DNA from: Octopus sinensis
Taxonomy: Eukaryota
Assembly (NCBI RefSeq): GCF_006345805.1
Contig: NC_042998.1
Span: 172,050,001-172,114,000, forward strand
Direction: 5' to 3'
Length of the DNA stretch: 64,000 nt
Part shown: piece after piece, positions 53,472 to 64,000 of the stretch
How positions within the stretch are numbered: position 1 is the first letter of the stretch
How the letters are laid out: each line of letters starts with the position of its first letter
Position numbers and translations under genes: made by a program
The notes under the pieces: model-generated
The model's input: the letters and a program-made list of their open reading frames with translations, nothing else
The model's database searches: none
Told to the model about the DNA's origin: nothing

Positions 53472-53640
53472 TAATAATAATAATAATAACAACAACAACA
53501 TCGAAAAATACCTTAGGAATGAGAACCCAGGTCCGAAATTTCCCCAAGACAACTGATGAAGGCTTGGAGGGTATATCGGCCGAAACGTGTTAACAAACAA
53601 GATGAGGACAAATATCCGTCACATGTAAATAATGTATATA
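52929..53640 (+). mobile_element. Longest copy of the tRNA-headed hammerhead fold-back element
   Basis: Inverted arm (52929-~53110), (TTA)n, tRNA-like head 53347-53420, (AAT)n, then sense arm with CTGATGA (53553) and GAAAC (53582). Confidence 0.85.
53347..53420 (+). promoter_or_regulatory. tRNA-derived head / putative Pol III type 2 promoter
   Basis: GGGCATATGGCGTAGTGGTTAAGAGCG...GAGTCCCATTCC. The A box is intact; the B box is degenerate here but intact (GAGTTCGATTCC) in the 49.5 kb copy. Confidence 0.7.
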
Positions 53641-53904
53641 AATTTAATATTTACTTAATATTTACGGAGTATTAACTGAAACAGCTGTAGGTAAAGATGA
53701 TTAATTCGCTGTTAATAATAAACAATTATTAACTTTCCAATCTCCATTTTCTTTTTCTTCTTTTATAGATATATGTATGCATGTATGTGTGTTAGTATGT
53801 ATGCATGTGTGTGTAAAACGACTTAATATGTAAGATAAATACATACATGATAAATACATGCATGCCCCAACAAAGACCTGGAAGAAAAAAAATATTGTTT
53901 GAAA

Positions 53905-54705
53905 GCGGCGAAGCCGGCAGAAACGTTAGCGCGCCGGGCGAAATGCTTAGCGATACTTCGTCTGTCGCAACGTTGTGTGTTCAAATTTCGTCGAGGTCGA
54001 CTTTGCCTTTCATCCTTTCGGGGTCTTTAAATTAAGTACCAGTTACGCACTGGGGTCGATGTAAACGACTTAATATCTATGTCTGTCCTTGTTTGTCCCC
54101 TCTATGTTTAGCCCCTTGTGGGTAATAAAGAAATAGGTATTTCGTCTGCCGCTACGTTCTGAGTTTAAATTCCGCCGAGGTCGACTTTGCCTTTCATCCT
54201 TTCGGAGTCGATTAAATAAGTATCAGTTACGCACTGGGGTCGATATAATCGACTTAATCCGTTTGTCTGTCCTTGTTTGTTCTCTCTGTGTTTAGCCCCT
54301 TGTGAGTAGTAAAGAAATAGGTATTTCGTCTGCCGCTCCGTTGTGAGTTTAAATTCCACCGAGGTCGACTTTGCCTTTCATCCTTTCGGGGTCGATAAAT
54401 TAAGTACCAGTTACGCATTGGAGTCGATGTAATCGACTTAACCCCTTTGTCTTTCCTTGTTTGTCCCCTCTAGGTTTAGCCCCTTGTGGGCAATAAAGAA
54501 ATAAGTAACGTTAGTACGCCGGGCGAAATGCTTAGCGGTATTTCGTCTGTCTTTACGTTCTGAGTTCAAATTCCGCCGAGGTCCACTTTGTCTCTCATCC
54601 TTTCGGAGTCGATAAATTAAGTACCAGTTGCGTACTGGGGTTGATCTAATCGACTGGCACCCTCCCCCAAAATTTCGAGCCTTGTGCCTAGAGAAAAAAA
54701 GAATA
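53905..54705 (+). mobile_element. SINE family B with four tandem internal units (~183 bp)
   Basis: TTCGTCTG...GAGGTC(G/C)ACTTTG...AAGTA(C/T)CAG starts near 53957, 54141, 54325 and 54542. Confidence 0.88.
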
Positions 54706-54946
54706 TTGTTTTATGCGTAGATATGTTTCACGTAAACTTGATGGTGCTAGTACTGAAGTGTCGCTTCCCTTGGGCTCATGACCGTTACATCATGTTACAT
54801 TGTAAGGTCATGCTCGTAGAATTCAAGACTAGGAAATAACTACGAAATATCTAGTGATTAAAAGAGATCAAAAAAGACAACGAAACCTTTAAACCCTCTA
54901 GAATATGACCTAAAATGCCAGTTACGTGTAAAGTATAGCACATATA

Positions 54947-55794
54947 CAGTAATCGCTCGTCATATCGCGGTTCACCTATCGTGCCCTCAGTACATCGCGG
55001 ATTTTTCTGGCTAACATGTAAATTTATATCACGGACTCCTCAGTTTATCGCGAGTTTCTGCGGGTGATGGGTATTTATATTTCTTTAGATTTCAATTATT
55101 TTTGTGGTAAAATGAGCATTTTCATACCTAAAATTTGATAAATTAATAAATAAAAATACAGTACAGTACTGCACTGTATAACACGTCAAATAAAATATAT
55201 TAAAAGAAAATACGTAGTGTACCATAGATGAGTAAACAAGAAACCGCACATACCGTATGGAAAACGAAACTAGGAGGACGAGTGTGTGGTATTGTTTTAG
55301 CTTTGTGTGTAAGATTGTGAATTTATTTCAAGCCCTACAATATCGCCGAAACGTTCTGGACCTTCTAAGGCTTCTGGCAATGAACCCAAGTGCCAGAGGA
55401 AGATGCTTACTATAGCAGAGAAGGTGAGACTCTTCGACTTGCTTAAGTAAGGGAGAAGGTGTGCAGATGTAGGCCGCCAAAAGAACTTCAGAGAATGGCG
55501 GAAGATTGGGACCCCCAGATGATTCGCGCGTTGCAGTTCAGGAATGCAATCGACGGAGCCATGGAAGTTTATAAAAAATTCCTTACACAGATGAAAAGAC
55601 AGCACCAGCAACTGCCCATCACTATGTTCCTCACTGGCAAAAAAAAGTGAAGTTACGAGTACTCCTAAGAGTGTGGGGAGAGTTTATAAAAGATTGAAAA
55701 AAATATACAGTACAGTACTGTTTCTACTTCGCGGATTTTCACTTATCACGGTGGGTTTTAGAACGTAATACGTGCGATAGTCGAGGGATTTCTG
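54947..55794 (+). mobile_element. Internally deleted Tigger/pogo DNA transposon
   Basis: TA-flanked TIRs CAGTAATCGCTCG / CGAGGGATTTCTG; residual PKCQRKMLTIAEKVRLFDLLK HTH-psq-like peptide. Confidence 0.8.
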
Positions 55795-55810
55795 TAATCA
55801 GCAGCTACAC

Positions 55811-56021
55811 AAAAGTGTCAAGATATTACTTTCCATTACGGTTCAATGTTGCTAACACGGTATCAAATGCTATCTGTGCAGATAGCATTTGATATAGTGT
55901 GAAGTGCCAAGATAACAGGTCAATGTAGCTAACATAGTATCAAATGCTATCTGTACAGATAGCATTTGATACTGTGTTAACAACATTGAACCGTAATGGG
56001 AAGTAATATCTTGACACTTTT
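55811..56021. repeat. Nested palindrome
   Basis: Outer ~48-bp IR encloses two copies of the palindrome TATCAAATGCTATCTGT(G/A)CAGATAGCATTTGATA. Confidence 0.9.
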
Positions 56022-56844
56022 AAGAGGCTAGTATGCTCTTGGATAAATATAGATAATACCCTTCTTAATGAATTCATGTATATCAGCGTGAGGAATATCG
56101 GGAAAACATTTCTATCAAGACTTCTGTTTAATGCAGACATAATAGCCCTGATATAGGTATGTGGGACAGAACAAATAAAAAAATAATCATATAAAAGTCA
56201 TTGGGGTCAATTGCTTTATAAATGTGAACATTTTCATTCGAAGTCTCTGCGATGGAAGGTATTCAACGAGCCACTGCTTCGAAATCTGCAGATTCTCTAC
56301 CTTGATAATAAATTCCCGCTTATACTGAGAATTATCGGTGCACTTGGTTAAGAAGTCACCAGCTAATAAATACGCAATTTACAAATACAATCGGTAAGCA
56401 GAGGATGCAGTTTTCCTTTCGCCAAGATACACATAGTCTTCGCTATTTTAAGCAGAAGTGATAAGTGTAGCGATTCCATTCTACGACTGACATATTGCTT
56501 TCACGGTTTCATTACCTGTGCTTTTTAGTCAATCAGAAATTTTAACCAACCGAAGATTTTAGCCAATCAAAAACCAGTAGAATTTTGCCAGACTTTTCTG
56601 AAGTTCAACTTGTAGTACATATCGTTTTGTTAAATAAACTTCAAGATGGAACTTTGTTTCTTCTTTTTTTAACAGTTCTTGTCATGTGAAAAAAAAGTCA
56701 CATATTAAGTCAAAAATACATTTATTGAAAAGAGTAAAATAATCATGAAGATACAAACTCGACATCTTTACTATGCATCGACTACTTAATTGAGCCATAT
56801 TTTTCCTGTCTTCTTTTTAACTGAGAATATCCGAGATGCGTGCG

Positions 56845-56888
<44 letters not shown>

Positions 56889-57416
56889 GTTAAGTTTCGG
56901 CACTGGTTCAATCTATCAAATTTCACTCTCAAAGTATCGGTTAACACGAAGCTACGGTAGAAAGCCCTTTCTCGAAGTACCGTGCTGTAAGATCAAGCTA
57001 CATGGGTGCAATGTATACTTCTTAAACATCGAACCAAATTTGCACTCATTTTTGTCAAGGGTTGAAAAAGCAACACACATTCACACTGATATAAGCTATA
57101 CCTTTCTTAATATTTTACCTTCATTCCTTGGTTATTCCTTATTCTACACGTCGATGTATTCTTGGGTTTGAATTTAGTTAATTTATATATTTTATTTATA
57201 TTGGATGTAGTTTCCCTTTCGCCAAGATACACAGACTGAACTTTGCCCGAAGCTGATTCGTTGCAAATCACCAAGAACCTTTTAACAAGTATCCAACTCT
57301 GATTTCCAGCTGAGAAATATTACCCAGAATAGGAGATAGGTCTATATTTAATAACTTCCTTTTTCGTAGATATACTGGTCACAGTCCAGATGTACATGAA
57401 ACACTCATCAATTTTG

Positions 57417-58374
57417 CTGGAGCACCGCCTTTAGTCGATTAAATCGACCCCAGGACTTATTTTTTGTAAGCCTAGTACTTATCCTATCGGTCTCTTTTGC
57501 CGAACCGCAAAACACACCAGCATTGGTTGTCAAGCGATGTTGGGAGGGACAAACACACACACACGCATATATGTCATTTAGAGATAGAAGTCCCCAAGCA
57601 ATTCATCAAATCCTAATATACATCACACCATATCATAGAATTTTATTTTAAAACTTACTATTTCAGTTCCAAATTTCTCTTCTACACGTATTTCATGAAG
57701 TACGTTTAACGTTCCCGAGACCCTCAGTCTTTTTCAGAAACATGTCTTAACTGCAACCCCAATCCTCAGGACTCTTCACAACTTTTTAAAATTCTATAAA
57801 TATTCCTATATTTTTATATTTTATCAGTTACGAATGTAACTAACAAACAAACGTGCGGGTGTGCAAATAAATTCGCCGAACCTTGCCGTGCAAGCCATAA
57901 TTTAATAAATTCAAGCTTGCATAAAAATCTTAATTTTTAACTTTTGAATCCCTGTGACGCCGGAAAGCCGATTTTTCACATGCGTTCTAACTAATTTTTC
58001 CACCGTCTAGGCCTAAAAAAGCCCTTATTGTTGGTTCCCTGTCCTGTTATTCCTTATTTGTACTGTTTTTTCTACTGTTTTTTCTTCATTTGTATTGCTT
58101 TTATGTCCTGTTCTTGTCACTTGTTTTACCTCTCTGCAAAAGAATTTTATTTAATTCTTTTTGCAGGAAGGATTGCCTCGGCCTGGCCGTGTTCTGCCCT
58201 TACCTTCGAAACACGCATTGAGTCGAACCAGGGGCAGCTGATGAAGGGGAATTTTCGTTGTATTGTTTGTCCTGTACTCTGTTTTTTCGTTGTTAAAAAA
58301 AGTTCGTTTCCTTGTTTGATTTTATGTTTTCGTTTCTCGTTGTGTTCTACGTTTATTTGTGGTGTCCTGTACTC

Positions 58375-58458
<84 letters not shown>

Positions 58459-58706
58459 GGATGTAAGTATGTACATATATGTATGTATATATGCATATAT
58501 TTATTTATTATATTGTTTTATATATATATATATATATATATACGACGGTCTTCTTTCTGTTTCCATCTACCAAATCCACTCACAAGGCTTTGGTCGGCCC
58601 GAGGCTATAGTAGAAGACACTTGGCCAACGTGCCACGCCGTAGGACTGAACCCGGAACCATGCGGTTAGTAAGCAAGCTACTTACCACACAGCCACTCCT
58701 ACGCCT
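57417..58706 (-). mobile_element. SINE family A split by an ~0.8 kb insertion in its microsatellite
   Basis: Tail at 57417-57560 and head at 58542-58706. Confidence 0.7.
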
Positions 58707-59010
58707 TATTTATTTATGTTTTATGTCATGAGGAGTACTTTTAGACAAATCGATAAATTGCGTGATTCCACAAAACACGTTCAATTCGAGTCGATTCATT
58801 TTACTTTTACTAGGCAACCGCTCTCTTAGAAAAACAAAATATCAAATCTTGTCACCTCGCCCCCTCTTTATAATGTAAAAACCGTCGAAATAATACAAAA
58901 GAAACTAAAATTGGTGATTAGATGTACTTGGTTAAAAGCAATAAGTGTTGATGTAATTCTGCCGTGTGAAGAAATTGGTAGGATATAAGTGCATAATGCA
59001 TATCATTGGA

Positions 59011-59105
<95 letters not shown>

Positions 59106-59171
59106 TGATATTTTGAACTCAGAAAGTAAATAGAGGACGAAATCAAATAATAGAAGACTAACATTTCTACC

Positions 59172-59385
59172 ATGGCAGAATCGTTAGCACGCTGGACGAA
59201 ATGCTTAGCAGCTTAGCAGTATTTTGCCCGTCGTTAGGTTCTGAGTTCAAATTTCGCCGGGTCGACTTTGCCTTTTATCATTTCGGAGTTGATAAAGTAA
59301 GTACCAGTGAAACACTGGAGTCGATTTAATCGACCTACCCCCTCCCCAAAAATTCCAGACTTTGTGCCTTTAGTAGAAAGGATTA
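59172..59385 (+). mobile_element. SINE family B
   Basis: Matches 14028-14190. Confidence 0.75.
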
Positions 59386-60634
59386 TAACAAAATATTGAC
59401 TAAAAGTTTACAGTCTTGTAAAAAGCTGGAACCAGAAACCTTCACAATATAAGAAAATATAATCAAGTATTAATGGAAAGAGTTTATTTTGCCCATGTTT
59501 GCGTTGGGTTATTTCCTAATACGCACTAAGCCCACACGCCATGACTCTCAAATTTATTTAAGTATCAAACTTCTTTTATAAAAGACTTCAGGAGCTTGTC
59601 CAGCATTCTTAAGATGTTCGATTTACTGGACAAAAAAACCAAAAAAAAAAAACCAATTTATTGTCTTCAACCCAGACAAATTGTGTTGTACTGAACTAAA
59701 TCAAATACGCTGATTCCGAATCTAAATTCAGAATTGCTGTAGCTTGTCAGGATTTTGAGTTATGCTCATAATTATATAGAAATAGTTAAATTCAAAGTAA
59801 ATCTCTTATTATAAAAGGCAGATTTTATCTGCCTCCCTTTGGGAGTTATACAAATCTACAATATAGGATTTCTTCAATTACAATTTACCTACCATTTTTA
59901 AGAGTACAATGCATCGCGTCATGCCAGGTCCAGTTTTTAAAATTTAAACTCCAATTAAGCAAAATTTACAGAAAACTCACATTCTGGTGTGTGTGTCAAA
60001 TGCTTTTCTTAGTCTGGTTTACACCACACGCAAACGCACACACACAGTGGGCAACGAATAAAGTGAAACTAGATGTAATATTTGTTTCTCTCTATCACGC
60101 TGATAGATACATGAGTAAAATGTATGGGAAGCTAACACATAAGTGTGAGTGAAAATGTTCTTGGAAGAGAGTAAATAGCCAGAGATAGTGATTTGAGGAA
60201 GACTTTACATTAAATAACCGTACTGGCTTGTGTTAGTAATAAAGTAAACATACACTCATACATACATACATACATACATACATACATACATACATACATA
60301 CATACACACACACATACATACATACACACACACATACATACACACATACATACATACATACATACATATACATACATACATATACATACATACACACACA
60401 CACACATACACACACACAGAGAGTATTGAAGCTTGAGAACAATCAGATACATTTGCAACACATCTGTTGAAAATATTATTGTTCACACACATACATATAC
60501 ATATATACATACAGACAGGCAGATAGACACACACACACACATGATCCAGCATGGCCACAACCTCAAGGCTGAAACATATAAAAGAATAACAGAATATAAA
60601 TGTGTGCATGTGTGTGAGAGAGAGAGTGTGTGTG

Positions 60635-60666
<32 letters not shown>

Positions 60667-60721
60667 TGTATGTATGTATGTATGTATGTATGTATGTATG
60701 TATGTATGTATGTATATATAT

Positions 60722-61155
60722 ATAATAATGCGGTTTTTTCAACAGCTTGAACTAAAAGTCAGAGGGGAATGGGATAAACTACTTATATTAACTTGCTATA
60801 AAAGCAGGTAGTAATTTTATCTTGTCCTTATTCATAGTGCAAGTTTTGAAGAGTGCATTTCGATTTTAACAGCTATTTTTTTCAAAACTATATTGGAACA
60901 GCCTAGAAGACGAGCCTCATCCTGAAAGATCTGTAGAACTCGACAAGGACATCCTGAAAACCCTGGTGGAACAAAATCTCATCGTAACTGTTGAGGAACT
61001 AGCAGAGAAGCTTGGATTTGGTCATTCAACCATTCATTGAGACCTGTGTGCTATCGGAAAAGTCAGCAAATTGGGTCAATGGGTTCCTCACGAACTTTCC
61101 GAGTCTAATTGCATGCAGAGAGTGAATGTATGCTTTTCTTTGCTGTCACATCTCA
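60722..61155 (+). mobile_element. Mariner transposase fragment
   Basis: LEDEPHPER...TVEELAEKLG...KLGQWVPHEL motif. Confidence 0.8.
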
Positions 61156-61175
61156 CCACTACTGCGCTATGTATA

Positions 61176-61811
61176 TCTATATATATAAAACTGTAGTTGT
61201 GTGAGTGTCTGTCCCCTTCGATTTAGATTCCTAACTACTCCCACATTTTGCGGTGCAGTTTAACCAAATTCGGGTAGCTTATAGTCGTGATTCATATCGA
61301 GCCCGTCTGAGTATTAGCGCGCGTCTACGATGAGTCTACGATTTTAAAAATAATTTAACATCATTTTTTATTCCATTTTAATGCATAATCTTTCGTGTGT
61401 CGATGGCGGCGGAGTTGGCATCCACGCTCACACCTGCACCTGTGGGGAAGGGAGTGCAAGGAAATCAACGTCGTAATGCGTTGTCAAGGAGACCAGCGTT
61501 CTTTTAGAACAACGACTTCATGGCTTGAAGACACCAAAACAGAAATGGCTAAGAAAGCGTCTACATGAGTCTACGATTAAAAAAAAAAATTACCATCGTT
61601 TTTTACCATTTTAATGCATTTTTTCGCTATTATATAAGGGAAGTAACTCTCTAAAAATGTCTACGATGAGTCAACGATTTTTCATAAAATTTACCATCAT
61701 ATTTTTTCCATTTTTAATGCATTTTTTGCTATTTTTTGGCTATAACTCTCTAAAAATGCTTATATAGTTATTTCCCTTACAAACCCGAGCAACGCCGGGC
61801 GATACTGCTAG
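61176..61811 (+). mobile_element. Non-autonomous Helitron
   Basis: 5' TCTATATATATAAAA, 3' hairpin CCCGAGCAACGCCGGG (61784-61799) then CTAG; preceded by A and followed by T. Confidence 0.8.
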
Positions 61812-62160
61812 TCTCTATATATAAACGGCAAAATGTCTGTGTGTGTGTCCTTTATACAAATCCACAATTTTTTAGTTAGAGGGCTCGCACTTTCTATGGT
61901 CATTTAAAACCGTCCAAGGGTGGTCGTGCACATCTTTTCTTTCCCCCAGTCACCCCGCAAAGCCATTAGAAAATCAATACAAGCGACTTTTTTGTGAATT
62001 TTCTATCCAAAACCCAATCAAAATGCCTGAAACTTGATACGCCAATTGAATGCCAGCTAAATGTATGTGGCTGGTCGGAGATTTGGGCAGTATTCGCGTG
62101 TATGTGCACATGCACGCAGCTGTATATGCATGCACTAGCGTTGCCGGGTCATAGTGCTAG
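61812..62160 (+). mobile_element. Second non-autonomous Helitron, head-to-tail with the first
   Basis: 5' TCTCTATATATAAA; 3' GCGTTGCCGGGTCATAGTGCTAG|T. Confidence 0.7.
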
Positions 62161-62289
62161 TAATTATTATAATGGTATATTAGTACGTTATATAGTATAT
62201 TTATGTTCAAGGCAAATAGTATTATAATATAATGGTACATAGTATGTTTGCGTTAAGGGACTACTCACTTTATTTTTGATATGCTCAGC

Positions 62290-63924
62290 TTAGAAATGTT
62301 TGAGACACTTGCTCTTGCGCTTATACGCCGTACTGGTCTCCCGTTGTAGGAACCAGTAGTAGTCACTCATCAGCTGTGGATTGAACCGGCCTTGATACTT
62401 CATTTCCATCTCAGATATGTCCTGGTGGAACCTCTCACCATGCTCATCACTAACGGCACCAAGATTCGTTGGAAAAAATCGAGATGAGAATGCAAGACGT
62501 GCATTTTTAGGGATATTCGGCATCCCATTCTTTCACACACTGTTAGCATGTTGTTTATTAAATCAGCATAGTTTTCAGCTCTATGATTTCCAAGAAAATT
62601 CTGTACAACTAACACGAATGAATCCCACGCCGTCAGCTCAACTGGATTCGGTTTACCTCTGAATTTGTTATCAGACATCAATTCTCTGATTTCGTGTCCA
62701 ATGAAAATACCTGTTTTCAGTTTTGCGTCATTTTTCTCTGCACCAAATTTTATTTTTATATACTGGAAGCAACAACCATCGTGTGTCATTGCTTTTACGA
62801 AGTTTTTCATGAGGCCGAGTTTGATGAGAAGGGGTGGAAGGAAGATGTTTTGCGGGTGGCATATGCTGCACATTGTACCGGCCAACTATGTGCTCATCTC
62901 TTTTAGGCCAGTCTTTTATAGTGTAATGATTGCTGCCGTTGCGGCTTTTCCTAATACACAAAAAGCACATGTTTTTGGTACATCCCAGCTGTAGTACTAG
63001 GAGGGAAATCACCTTTAAATCACCACAAATATTCCACTTATGAACTGCGTAATTAACTCCTTTCAGAATAAGTTCCATCGATTCATAAGTTTCTTCCATA
63101 CCGACATGACCCACAAGAATGGAAGGTTTTTCATTACCATTATGTGACAACAACCTTACTCCAGTCTATAAACAATCTCCATTCATTAGCCACATGCACG
63201 TGTCCTTGTTTTTGTATGAGTGCATTAACGTCTGTACAGAAATATGCATTATTTTTTGCTTGAAAAAGACAGATAAGCTTTCATGGCGAGAAAGGAAAAT
63301 GGAAATTTTCGTACTTTGCTGTAGGAAATTCCGTTGCTGTAGTCTGGACCCCCAAAATTCTGCCTTCTCCTTTGACAGTGCTAAGTCTCTCACTAAATCG
63401 TTCAAATCTTCTTGATTAAACAAGCGTGACTTATTTTCCTTAGAATCAACTACGTACTCTTCGTCGATAGGAGAATCAGTGGGTTCATCGTGCGACGTGT
63501 CGAGATCATCAAGGGAATCATGTGAGAGGGAAACTGGGACAGGGTTCTCGAAGTCATGTGAGACCGGTTTTAGAGCCGACCTACAAGCTGCATACACAAT
63601 TTTTGCTTTGGTTTTCTTTGAGAAACCCCTAATATTAGTCATACAAAAGTAATAATCAGATACACGATTGGTTGGCTCACGCCATACCATTGGTACAACA
63701 AAAGGCATTCCCTTCCGTTTTCCATTCAGCCACTGTCTAAGCTCTGAGTAACACATACTGCAGCATATATGAGGTGCCCGCTTCTTGTCTTGGTCCCCAA
63801 CTTTACACCCGAAATAATATTCATAGACAGTTTTTAATTTGGTGGTAATGTTCTTCCGCGGGGCAAATTTTCCACAGACATAACAAAAGTTGTTTGGGTG
63901 ATTCACACAGCCTCCCCTATTCAT
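62290..63924 (-). mobile_element. Chapaev3-like (CMC superfamily) transposase, frameshifted
   Basis: CVNHPNNFCYVCG, GDQDK..APHICC, PMVWREP, WNICGDLK, PPL.IKLGLMKNFVKA and SDEHGERFHQDI across four overlapping ORFs. Superfamily assignment is from motif recall. Confidence 0.75.
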
Positions 63925-64000
63925 GATCTAATGCAATGGACACAGTTAAAACAGAAATCACTCAGAGCGAGAGATACACATACCACACGTGACGGCAGCG

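Noticed and set aside
53955-54660. CRISPR-like regularly spaced repeats
   Set aside because: The whole ~183 bp unit repeats with no unique spacers; eukaryotic SINE multimer, no cas genes.

Overview
Eukaryotic, AT-rich, microsatellite-dense window with no intact host gene that I can support. The SINE and microsatellite make-up resembles an octopus (cephalopod) genome; this is recognition from memory, not verified. Almost all of it is transposable-element debris: (1) a cluster of at least 9 R4/Dong-like non-LTR retrotransposon copies or fragments (RT + CCHC + restriction-like endonuclease), nearly all abutting (TAA)n tracts, including two ~3 kb copies in inverted orientation; (2) four tRNA-derived SINE families; (3) RTE, Tc1, mariner, Tigger, Helitron and Chapaev3-like remnants; (4) an ORF1-only retroelement with a 16-bp TSD inside a SINE head; (5) a processed pseudogene of PA2G4/EBP1. 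The most striking signal is a set of short non-coding fold-back elements whose arms carry type I hammerhead ribozyme motifs (CUGAnGA...GAAA...NUH), some with a tRNA-derived Pol III-type head between the arms. These look like Penelope-dependent ribozyme SINEs (retrozyme-like). Most ORFs in the supplied track are microsatellite or antisense artefacts.
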